Positions 1 through 11,028 of a stretch of DNA of 64,000 nt are shown here, piece after piece. The position numbers were made by a program, and so were the translations under genes. Numbering within the stretch: the first letter of the stretch is position 1; the number at the start of each line of letters is the position of its first letter. Source of the DNA: Amphiscolops sp. MND2022 (taxonomy: Eukaryota); the NCBI GenBank assembly GCA_964187785.1, contig OZ076419.1, positions 22,754,001 through 22,818,000 on the forward strand, read 5' to 3'. Below the pieces are notes generated by a model. That model made no database searches, had not been told where the DNA came from, and worked only from the letters and a program-made list of their open reading frames with translations.

Positions 1-654
1 TACCAAAAAATTTCTCTGATTTTTCTCAATCCCATGATAGTTTCCGTTTGTAGAAGTCACCAAGAAAACAAAAGTGGGAGCACTTTTTCGTTCAGTAAAA
101 TTTGAAATACATGTATTAAGATAGGAATTTCAGACTTATACTTGGTAAAACTCCCACCAATATACATTTTCAAATTATATCCAAAATCAAGTTTCATCTT
201 CGTTTTCGGGAAATTTGAGTGTATCTGCAAGGCAAAATTTATCAAAAAATATTTATTGGATCACTGATATTTTCTCAAAAATTAGCAATTTTAATTATTT
301 TCCTCCCAAAATCACATCTTTCTAACTTCGGAAACAATGATGGTTGAAATTTCAAACAAAAACCATTGTATTTTTAGCAAAAACTCAAGAAACTTTTGTT
401 TTTACCAAATTGAATCATTTCGAATAGTTTTGGAGAAATGAGACTGCAAAATTGGCCTTTTTGAGCAGCTAAGTCGCATTCTTTCTTCACACCACGGTAT
501 TCCTGGAATCTTCGATACACACTTGGTTACAGATTTAAAAATGGAAACTCATTCAAGATGTCTTTCGAAAATAATGACACTGTGATTAACAGGGAAACAG
601 CTGGTTGTACCCTTTGGGTCAAGTGCCCTCTCTGCAGGAAACAAGGATGCCTGC

Positions 655-1077
655 TCAGGCTAAAATAATGTCTGAACCCGAGGGACTATTTCAAATATTT
701 CTCAAACTTTAAAGTTTCAAAACTCATTATTTATTTGCTCTACAAGAGATAAATTTTTAAATTTCAATTATTTTTGTGATTTTTTTCACGAATGTTCATA
801 AATTCCATTATAAAACTGGTGCTATTTTTGTATTCAGTATACAATATTCAATGAAAGCTGTTTTCTCAGGCTAAAATAATGTCTGAACCCGAGGGACTAT
901 TTCAAATATTTCTCAAACTTTAAAGTTTCAAAACTCATTATTTATTTGCTCTACAAGAGATATATTTTTAAATTTCAATTATTTTTTGTGATTTTTTTCA
1001 CGAATGTTCATAAATTCCATTATAAGACTGGTGCTATTTTTGTATTCAGTATACAATATTCAATGAAAGCTGTTTTC
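655..1077. repeat. Tandem duplication, two near-identical ~211-bp units
   Basis: taaaataatgtctgaacccgagggactatt starts at 661 and again at 872; both units end in caatattcaatgaaagctgttttc. Confidence 0.9.
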
Positions 1078-1944
1078 TTCCTGGAAACACATAGTAAGAA
1101 AAGAAGGATACTGTACATGTAGTTGACAACAGGGAGAGTTTCTCAGAGCTGGTACTTAACTTAAAATATGGTTTAGCAACTTCGTTTTATATTTGCTCAC
1201 GACGGGGATCAAAAGTACCTGTATTTATGTTGCTTCTCAAAAATAATTGAAATAACTTGAGTCTCTAGTCTATAGCAAACATAACAAACAACTTGAGTCA
1301 AGTAATTTTATCAAACAACAGCAGCCGCCGGCGGAACGAACGAATAGATATCTTTGGCTAATCGAGGCCCACACGTTCATTTCATTGGTTGAGAGCTCTA
1401 GTACTGTGATTAAGAAAACATCCCCCGAGCAATTTCAGGTTTTCTGGCTCGATTTTTTCGGAATCGATTGCAAATTTGGAAAATTGTCAGAAGGAAATTA
1501 TTGTTGAATTTTCTTCTAGTTTAAATTAGTTTAACTTCGAAATTTTACAAACAAAAATTTAAAAAGTTACAGACATATGAATCTGAATTGGGACTTTTGG
1601 CCGTTTTTCTATTCTTTCAAAAATGACTTCAAGTTGACTGGGTTTTATATAACACAACTTTTAACAAGCCAACACTGGCTCATTTCGAGTTATTTCGTCG
1701 CAGAGCTTTTTAACAAACTAGTGGTTTCTAGGAATGATTCATCTCTGACATTACACACTGCTGCCTATAATCAAACCTTAAACACTGTTTTTCTCCTTAA
1801 CAAAGAGGTTTTTGCTTCTGTTATTCATACTCGGCTTGTACTGAAAGAGAAAACATACGATGCAAGGGAGCACAAAGGCGAAGTTAATTGGAAACTCCCT
1901 TACGATGACCCGATGACTTCCGGCGGCCATCAATGATTGATTTT

Positions 1945-2049
1945 GACGGTAGTTGACACTTTTTTTGGAAACAACCACCCGATATTTCCGACGGTAGATG
2001 TCCCTTTTTTTTGGGAACAACTACTCGATATTTCCGACAGTAATTGTCC
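1945..2049. repeat. ~45-bp tandem repeat, about 2.3 copies
   Basis: gacggtag...tttttgg(a/g)aacaac...cgatatttcc units start at 1945, 1990 and 2036. Confidence 0.8.
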
Positions 2050-3072
2050 AAAACACAGTTGGATACAATTCAGAACGTTACAAACTTACAGAAGAGCAAG
2101 GCTGTACAAATGCACTATAAATCGAAGGTAAATTGTACACATTAACTTATTGAATGAATAGTAACCTAATAATTGAATAATGGTCAACAACAAGTTTTTT
2201 TACCGTGAAATTATTAGTTAAAATAAAAATTTTAACTAGACTATTAAGTAATTGGACTTTGCCGTAATCATTTGCTGAATGTTTTGCTGAATTTGCTATG
2301 AACAAAAAATACCAGGTTGTTGACGGCAGGGGTATTAAAAAATATTTCTAGGTCACAATAATTGCAATAAAATTCTATACAATAATTATTTTCAGAACGT
2401 TATCAAATACAATACATTGTTGATTTTCCACAATAAGGAAAGAATTCGGAGACATGAGTTGGGTACCAACTACTTCCAATTTGGCGGACTTTTCAGTCAA
2501 ACTAATTACTTTGTATATAAAAATCGCAAAAAAATGCTGCCCATGCATCTCGAATGCCAATTATTTCTAATGATCAACGAACAATTTTCGAATGTTAATT
2601 TGATCAACAAATTAATTTGATTGGTTTTTCAAACAATCTTTTTCATAGACACAATAATTGCAATTATTGTTTCAACAAAATTCAGAAAAACAAAAGATTG
2701 TTTTATTAGTATTGCAATAGTATTGCAATGCAAAATTTAACACCTCTGGTTGACGGTCATTCGAAAATTCAGAGCAGTTTTTCAAACTACAAGTTTATAC
2801 CAAGCCACAGTGTACAATTTACTGAGCACAACAACTAACTCGGAGACAAGAAAGTTCAACATGTTAAGTTAACAATGATCAAGAACTTCTTATGCACAAC
2901 TCAGTCTGTACGCATTTACAGGCTGTATGCAGGGACATGGTGGCTAATGATCGACGCAACGTAACGATCAGTAGATGGTCTGAATTCTGAACTCAAAACA
3001 TTGAATTTGATTACCAATCCATTAATTTCATTCTGAAGTCTTTTTAGGAAATAAGAAAATCAAATGTAAGCC

Positions 3073-3610
3073 TTACGGATGTTCAACCAGGTGACCAATT
3101 TTGAGTTGAATAGTATCACTCACATTACCATTATGTAAATTAGGACGAAACAACCAGGATGTAACTAAAATGATAAGCAAATTTACCACGGTCTTGAACG
3201 AGGGTTTTTCTTTTCGGCATTTTGTGCAAACCTCTGACAGTTTGTGACGATCGCGGGTGAACATACGTGATGGCTTCCTCATAGCTGAATAAAACATCAC
3301 AATTCGGCTCGTCAACATCAGGTCTTCGGCACAAGAAAGTGAGGCGCTCCTCAGAAATTGCTTCCTTCGGGACCCTCACGCCGTCCTCGTTCGTATACCA
3401 GTTCCTCCTTCTGAAGCAAGGCTTGGGGCAAAGAAGATATGCTTTTTTTGAGGCCGTTTCCGTGAAAGCGGTGACACAAACATCGTTTACGAAGTCTTTG
3501 CGCGAGCAAATATTGTGAACGAGTCTCTCCTTGCTGAATTCGGGGCAAATCTGAAACAAAACTCGTGATAACTCACTAAGCAATTCGATCAACTTTGTTT
3601 CCTTATTCAT
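3073..3610 (-). pseudogene. Cys/His-rich (zinc-finger-like) ORF of unknown function, frameshifted; may continue in further degraded exons toward ~2.4 kb
   Basis: ORFs 3140-3688 (MNKETKLIELL...LCPKPC...LCRRPDVDEPNCDVLFSYEEAITYVH) and 3073-3318 (RDRHKLSEVCTKCRKEK) join across a frameshift. A candidate donor cc|gtaagg lies near 3078. Confidence 0.4.
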
Positions 3611-3647
3611 GATGATTACCAATTTTAGTTTTGGTCCCTGTTGTGAG

Positions 3648-6209
3648 TCACAACACGGCTTCATTATACAAAGACTTAATTCGATCACTTGTTTGATTCG
3701 AAACGATTGTGAACTGAAAAATACAACTCACAACAACAGCTTCACTTTCTTGATATCGATTCTCAATGGCCCTGTGAAGACGAAGGAAGTCCGGAGTTAT
3801 CATGCATCTCTCTGATGCTTTGAGCATCAAAATAGCTAGCATTTCCAACATGCCCGGAAACTTCTCATGCTCCCTGACGGAGTCTTCTTCAATGATCGCC
3901 TTTATTATCTGGTTCGAATGCCCTTCTGAAAAGAAATTCGTCCCTACTGCCACAGAGTCTCCACTTGTGAGGACTGCATGGATGTACTGAGACGGCATGA
4001 CGAAAACGTCGCCCGGATTAAGAGTAACCCTGAGGCAACCGCCCTCCAGTCTTTTGTGGCATCCAAAAAATGTTGGCCTAAAACGAAAACTCTAAGCGAC
4101 TATTCTCAAAATTTTCGGCGATGCAAAAACAATATAGTGCATTGAAATGATGCAAAAAATACAAAAATAGATGAACACAAAAGCTGAAATTCCTTTGTGA
4201 AAAATTACAACTTACATGTCGTCGCGTTCTTGTTTGGACCAGGCATTGAACAACTCCATGTTGTTTTCAGTTGGCGCAACCAGAAAGAAGGTCTTGGACC
4301 CAGTCAAGACTGTATAAAAGACAGATGTTGAACTGAAATCCGTGCGCCAAGTTGTTTGACAACCATCGTTGGAGATCAGCAAGTAGTATGAAGTCGCTAC
4401 TGAGAACGATTCTGCTGACTTACTGACCAGCTCATCCACAAGGTGGTTCACTGACGACTTTTTTATCATCGTTGGAACGCTGTAGATGGACTGAAAAGAC
4501 AAAAAAAATCAATATAAGTTGAAGTTGTTTCAAAACAATGTGCATTATGTTGAATAAAATCCTCAACGTCCAATTTGTAGGCAACTACTAGTAAACAGGG
4601 GGTTGGGGAAAAACAGAAAAGAAAAAGTTGTTTTTAAGTGGATTTGCGTTTTCCATCAAAGGAGCTAATTTAATGTTGTTTACCTTTGGCTGCATGGCGA
4701 TGTCTATAGCGTTTAAAGGATAGTAAACGCTGCTTCTGTCGGCGTTGATGAGCTCCTGCTTGAACTCGTCGAGACTGAGGTCACGACTCTGAAATGAAAT
4801 GATCATAAAGTGACTAAGACGGGAATAAGACGGACAACTTTTCCCTCGTTAGAATAGTTCAAATGCAGTTGTTCGACAAGTTCAACTTGTCCAAGTTGGA
4901 AAATGAGCTCACGACAGGGATCAAAGTGCAGTTGTTCCAGTTATTTTACGAAAAATACATGCTTCAAATTGAAAGTGATTCTACCAAAAACTTACTTCTC
5001 CAATTTTTGCCGACTTGACATTGATGGTTGCTGCACTTGCTTGTAGCTTCTGGGGGACTAGAAGCTCTTCGACAACTTCAGTGAAAGCGAGTTCTTCCAC
5101 TTGAGGTAGCTTCAAACCATGGCAATGGTTGACACCTCCACGCCACAACAGAGGCACACTGTGTCTCATCAGGGAATTGAATTTGACGACATGGTCGTCA
5201 ACGTTGCCTTCCCATTGAGCTACAGGAAACTTGTAGTCGAGGGGCACTTCCATCGCGAACTTGAAAAATCCATCAGATCCAAACACATCAGAAGGAATGT
5301 GGTTGAAATCTTCTGGCCTGAATCGCTCGTCAGTGTTGCTAGACGAATCGGAGCCCAAAGAAACTGCAGCCTAAACAGTTGCAAGTGTTAGCAAAACTAT
5401 ACATAGTCCGATAAAATGAAATCCAGTCACATTATCACCGTGTAAAACACGGCGTTTCGAGAAACAAATGGTCAATCAAATCATTCAACATGTGTTCTTA
5501 AATAGAAAAAAAAATAGGACAGACACTCACATTTGCTCCTTCCTGGCATTGAGGATTCTTCAAAAGGTGTACGCGCAAGTCATAAGGGTAAACATATGAC
5601 TTGCCACAACCTCTGCCGTAGCATAAGTTAGGCTTCCGCGTCAAGCCTTTTGCAGCTGCTGTAACATAAAAGTTACATGAATAAAAACACACTTTTTGTT
5701 TGAAATCTAGTTTATTTTTTTCAAAATCATTGAGTTTCCCTTATCGTTTCGGGCATGATAAATTGGACTTTTCAAAATGTTACAAGGCAATCAATTTTAA
5801 CACACATTGTAATGACTAACCGTACTGGTACATTCGGGTAGGCAGGCCTTCTGCTTTCCGCTTTTGCTGCTCCTTACAATACTTTGTATTGTAGTGCTTC
5901 TTCAGCAGTTTTTTGGCGGAAATGATCTGGCCGCAGAGCTGGCACGTTCTCTCCATGAGCTTGAACTGCTCTCTTGGCATTCGGGGACAGACTTTGCGGT
6001 GGCGTAGGATGTTGGACAGCTTGTCCACAACGTCACAAGTGCCTAAAAGAAATGCCATATGTCAGATTAAACTTTTCCGTGAAAAAAGTTACAGCTTGAT
6101 TACGTTACAGCTTGATCACAAAAAAATTGTTTATCGAACCTTGGCCGCATGGGACTTTCTCTGGTGTCTTTCGACGAGACGTTGATGGCGTGGTCGGCAG
6201 TGTTGCCAT
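3648..6209 (-). CDS. Zinc-finger + JmjC-domain protein (KDM2/KDM7/PHF8-like histone demethylase fold), 7 exons, ~534 aa; first Fe-binding His replaced by Arg
   Basis: Exons 6209-6140, 6042-5821, 5658-5531, 5370-4996, 4788-4684, 4490-4216 and 4077-3648 have GT-AG introns with consistent phases and no frameshift. YLLISNDGCQTTWRTDFSSTSVFYTVLTGSKTFFLVAPTENNMELFNAW aligns without gaps to the KDM7-type YCLMxxxxSYTDFHIDFGGTSVWYHVLxGEKIFYLIxPTxxNLxxYExW. MPSQYIHAVLTSGDSVAVGTNF is the distal His motif. Three N-terminal Cys/His fingers (CGQGTC..H..C, CQLC..H..C, CYGRGC..H..C). Confidence 0.85.
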
Positions 6210-6647
6210 TTGATATCAACTGAAAAAATTCCAGGAAGTCGCTCATGAGTTATACCCCATTCAATATTGTATGAAATTAACTATGAAATGATTGTCAAAT
6301 ATATACCCTCAACAACTCACAACAAGTCACACTATTCCAGGAAGTCACACGTCCTCATAGATCATTCTTGAGACAACTGTCATAGATTATTCAATAGTAA
6401 AAAAGGTAACAGAGGGAATGTAAACTCGATGCAGTTAAATATTGCGCTCACGACGGTAATCAAAAATTCGACTGATGAAACTTTCAGAGAAAACGTCACG
6501 GCGAAAAGATATACTATGGAAGTATAAGTTGAACTGCGAATATTTGGTTTAATCAATCATCATAGATCTATCATAAGTTTAAAATCTGCACTGAAATGAT
6601 AATTAAGCGGTCAAAGAGACCTTGTCTGATAAAACAAGTAGAATCTA

Positions 6648-6890
6648 CTAGGTGAACCAAAAAAACGGAACATCGTATTATTTGTGAGCAAGGCACTGAT
6701 AATCGTTCAATTTTTTCTGTCATTCATTCTGTCATTTCGTTCTCACTTTCAATGTGTGAAAGCATTTTCGCTTCTAAGAAATGTACCAATTTGAATGATT
6801 GGCAGGAGCTTTCAAACGATTGTTGACAAATATTAGGAACTTTGAGAGCTCGAAAAATTTGTGTACATTACGTTTTTTTGGTTCACCTAG
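6648..6890. mobile_element. MITE with TIR CTAGGTGAACCAAAAAAAACG and TA flanks (internally deleted copy)
   Basis: TA|CTAGGTGAACC...GGTTCACCTAG|TA; lacks ~80 bp present in the other copies. Confidence 0.8.
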
Positions 6891-7022
6891 TAGATAGCAC
6901 TGAATTGATAATGAAGCGGTCAAAGGGACCTTGTCTGATAAAATAAGTAAGTTTTTAGATATGCACTGTATTGATAATTAAGCGGTCAAAGAGACCTTGT
7001 CTGATAAAACAAGTAGAATCTA

Positions 7023-7347
7023 CTAGGTGAACCAAAAAAACGGAACATCGTATTATTTCTAAGCAAGGCACTGATAATCGTTCAATTTTTTCTGTCATTC
7101 ATTTAGATTTAAGATCAAATTACATAATCACATCTCCAACCAAAGATGATTTGAACCATCAAAAATAGTCTAGACGTCTATACCAGTCATTTCGTTCTCA
7201 CTTTCAATGTGTGAAAGCATTTTCGCTTCTAAGAAGTGTACCAATTTTGAATGATTGGCAGAAGCTTTCAAACGATTGTTGACAAATATTAGGAACTTTG
7301 AGAGCTCGAAAAATTTTTGTACATTCCGTTTTTTTTGGTTCACCTAG
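7023..7347. mobile_element. MITE, same family (longer copy)
   Basis: Same TIR and TA flanks; carries the extra internal ~80 bp also seen, inverted, at 49.1 kb. Confidence 0.8.
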
Positions 7348-7486
7348 TAGATAGCACTGAATTGATAATGAAGCGGTCAAAGGGACCTTGTCTGATAAAA
7401 TAATTAGATATGCACTGAATTGATAATGAAGCGGTCAAAGGGACCTTGTCTACTGAATTCGTAACAAATAAGTAAGCTTTTAGATA

Positions 7487-10400
7487 TTAAACGTCGTCTA
7501 GTTTTCTCTTCAAGGCGGCCTTTTTTAGTGTGTACTTGTACTTCCGCATTGCTGTGTGGTAAGTTAATGAACCATGTCGTAGGGGGTTTGATTGACGTTG
7601 TAATTGTGGGGCCATAGATATGTACTTCATCGTTTTGAATTTGGCTCTCGCAGACTCATCTTCTTCAAAAACAAAACCTTTGGGATCAATCAAGGACTTC
7701 GTCTGTACACAGGCGATTACAAATTCAGCATTCAAGTAAATCCAGTTACCGAGTATCGTATTGGAAAGCGCCTTAGTTGCAGCTTTTTCTTTACCTGGTT
7801 GACCTTTAATGAATGCGTCGATACAATTTCGATATGGTAAAATGCAATAGTGATGGCTCAAAAAATTCAGCTTGCTTCTGTTGATGATGTCTACATTGAA
7901 CACAACATTTCCTCCATTTTCAGTGATCTTCTTCTCAAGACTCGATTGAGTTTCTCTCAGGTGACCATATGTTCCAAGAGTGACAAAGTGCATACCTCTA
8001 AACATGTCTTCAGTTCTAAGATAGTCAAATTCAGGTTCTGGAATAGGTTCACGGCAAATTTCAAGATACGTCTTTGTCAAATCGGTTTTTCCATACAACT
8101 TCCGGCAAGATTCAAGTGTCGAAGACTTTGAAGAACATAAATCAACTGCACGGTAGAAGGAAAACTGAATATCGAGATAACTGCATGACATGTTCCAAGC
8201 ATCATTGCCACCATCACGCATTGTCTTCGTATTGTAGTCTTTGGCTGTCGTATGGTGGCTTTTTTCAGTTCCTTCTGTCATGTAATAAAATGGAGACAGA
8301 AGCTCACCCTTCTCAAAAAGTCTGAGTAAAATATCCAATTTCAATTTGTATGGCGTCAACGCACGATCACCGAAAAGACATAAAGTTGACTGGTAATAAA
8401 TCTCATAGAGATCTTTACACTTTGGAATGTCTTCAAGATTCAATTTTCTCTGTCGAAGCAAATCAAGTAACTGGTAAAAAGATTGGAATTGGAGGTCAGC
8501 CAGTTTCCGAACAGAAATGTCCACTCCTTTTGTGAAAGATGCCTCCAACCCGTCAACCAATGATATCAATACGTTATAAGACGTTGTAGAGGTTGTTTGG
8601 TCAGCTTTGTAGACATGAGGTGTTTCAAATGAATACACACGTTCACAAATTGGGCAGTCTGATTGGCCATAGTCGCTGATTCTGTTGCAGTCGGATATTA
8701 TGACTTCGGCGTCTCTGAAACTGAGAGATACAGCCTTGCAGAGTTTTTCAACGATCTCAAACTTGAATCTCGGCGGTTTCACATTTCGTTCCGTTATGTT
8801 ACATTCGAGTCTACATATTGCTGCATGGTCTTTCAACAGCAACATCGAGTCCACATGCAACTTCAAGTCACTTTCGACTGAACGAACAACCATATGCAGC
8901 AAATCAGGACATGTATTGAAAGTGGATTTGAGAAAAATGAGAGAATCTTTTGGGATGCATTCGTTGATGTCAATGATCAGTTCTGTTCTTCGACCAGTAG
9001 CATAATCGACAGTTGACGGAAGAATCACCCCCCTTCCTTCAATTTCTCTCTTATTTTCAGCGGTGTCTTTTTTTGTCTGTTACAGTGGTGGATTCGAAAT
9101 ATCTGCAGGATCACTGACATAAAGACACATCTTTGACAGACAAGAAACATCACTGCTAACACCTTTTAAAAGACGCAATTGGAATGGTGAATCACCCGAA
9201 CAACTCAGTATGGCACCTTCGTCATGCAAGGCCTTTGTTTCGTTGTATAGCCATCCAGGGCGTCCAAGCACTTCTGACATGGCGAGATTCTATTCTAGGT
9301 TGATTCGCACATCTTTACCCTGGGAAACATTCCAAAAATTCATATTTAAACCTCCAGTATCTCACAACAGGGAAAAATTTAAAATTATATCAACAAAACA
9401 TCTGAGTGCTGCTCAAGGCGGACCAAATTGGTTTTCCAACTACTTAGTTATCATTTAAGTGTAACTCACGACAGGGACCAAGTTCAGTTTTGCGTTACCA
9501 CTAAACTATTAAGGGTAGCTCACAACAGGGACCAAACTTAGGTTCTCAATAAACATTTTGATGTAGCCCACAAAAGAAATCAAGTTCCAAATTTTTAGAT
9601 TAAAACTTGAAAGATTCACCTCAAACACAGCAAACGTGAAGACATGGGTTGAGGATTGCTCAGTTTCGATGCCGCTTTGCAAAATTCGGAAGGCCATTCG
9701 TACGACGTCTTTTTCCCCCGAGACATTGCATCACCATAAATGTCGACTCTCAAGCCGACTGGGCTGGTCTTGTTATACAAATTGCAGGCAACGAATCTGA
9801 CAAATGTAACAAGATTAACACGGAACCCAGTGGGGGTTTTTCTGGGAGTGAGTATTGATCTGAAATCTTCGTTCAATTTATATGGTATTGCTTGAAGTTC
9901 ACGTCTTGAAGGGAGAATGGTGGCTTTGATGAAAGGGCTTTGTATAAGTCGACGTATTTTGACTAAAAATCCTGAGGATTACTGAGAGTAAGTAGACATT
10001 GAATCTCCATTTGAATGTCTTCCCTTTCAAGGCAAAACAAGTTCGGCAGAAATAGATGAAGAAGTTTATGAACTAAGGTGTTTTTTTTCCTGTTGAAAGT
10101 TTGACTTGTGAAAAACTGCTTGAGAGTTTCAATAAAATGACCCAATGCAATTTCTGATTCTGATATAGTCTTCAAAGAAGACCTCCAAAGATTCTGCAGC
10201 GAAACGCATGTTTCGAAAGTCGAGGAGGATCCTTGCAAGGATGACTGTTGTGAAAAAGTAGTGTCAATTGTCGAAAAAAATAAGTTGAGCCTGGAATGGG
10301 CAACGAAGGGAAAAATTGTCGTATATAGCTAACTCTTTCAGTCGTCCAGGGAATCAATGATGGGGGTGCAGATATTATCAATAAATCGAATACGTCCTCG

Positions 10401-10551
10401 CGCAACAAAGCACACCTTTCATTGAATCCATGGGGCTTGTATACATCAGAGAAGTTTACATTCAGTCCTGCAACAATCATGAATCAGAACGTGCCACGAA
10501 CGATCAACTACAATGCTATGCTTAAGTGCATTCCTTACATCTCACAATCAT
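7487..10551 (-). pseudogene. RAG1/Transib/Chapaev-like DDE transposase with C-terminal BRCT domain; frameshifts and premature stops
   Basis: Candidate catalytic residues: LRVDIYGDAMS (D at 9730-9732), SCSGDSPFQLRLLKG (D at 9191-9193) and YYMTEGTEKSHH (E at 8264-8266), plus the CPDLLHMVVRSVE motif. GT-AG intron 9619-9320 joins FAVFE|GKD. In-frame TAG near 9290 and TAA at 9080-9082; frameshifts near 10170, 9965 and 9710. C-terminal FRGMHFVTLG...KITENGGNVV...LNAEFVIACVQTKSLID is a BRCT pattern (~8005-7670). Confidence 0.75.
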
Positions 10552-10623
10552 GTTTTGGACAATTACGTTTACGATCTCTAGTTATGTTTTTGATTGAAAA
10601 AGGAAAGAAAATAAACCTTTTAA

Positions 10624-11028
10624 ATGCTTCTTGAGGAAATCTGTAGCCTTCCTGCGATCATTGGGAAGAAGACAGTCATTGCTTTCCAGCAGGAACACAT
10701 TCGGGAACAAGACGTTCAGGAATATGAGTTTCACATAATTGATGCCAGCATAAGTGATGATTGGTTTTTGTGTCATTTCGATCTGAAATACAAAACATGT
10801 TCAAGCAAGAAACCAGAAACAAGTCACAAAAACGATGATACTTGCTGTAATGATTATAAAAACAATTTGAAAAGTTATGATAGCCACCAGAAGTGGACCG
10901 TAGAAGTGACTGTAGAAGAAAAAACAAATTGCAAACTACCGACAGACTTTTTGAAATGTCCGAGATCATACAGCTGCGTGACTGAAACCTATTTTACCGG
11001 GTTGTCTCGTTATGCGCAAAAGCGTTAA
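10624..11028 (+). CDS. 134-aa ORF of unknown function, divergent from the transposase; faint resemblance to a degenerate Ulp1-type protease
   Basis: Open ORF. IIDASISDDWFLCHFDLKYK recalls the Ulp1 HWxLxxxD strand but lacks the catalytic His. Confidence 0.3.
   Translation: MLLEEICSLPAIIGKKTVIAFQQEHIREQDVQEYEFHIIDASISDDWFLCHFDLKYKTCSSKKPETSHKNDDTCCNDYKNNLKSYDSHQKWTVEVTVEEKTNCKLPTDFLKCPRSYSCVTETYFTGLSRYAQKR

Larger units (their letters stand above)
6587..7452. repeat. Locally duplicated block: five copies of a ~50-bp unit (gcactgaattgataatgaagcggtcaaagggaccttgtc) interleaved with two MITE copies
   Basis: The unit recurs near 6588, 6897, 6963, 7354 and 7411. Confidence 0.85.

Noticed and set aside
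480-667. Open frame ending WVKCPLCRKQGC
   Set aside because: Too short and without a clear start or splice context to support a gene call.
6587-7452. Repeat-spacer-like pattern (five ~50-bp repeats) suggesting CRISPR
   Set aside because: The spacers are unequal and are themselves duplicated MITE copies; there are no cas genes and the context is eukaryotic.
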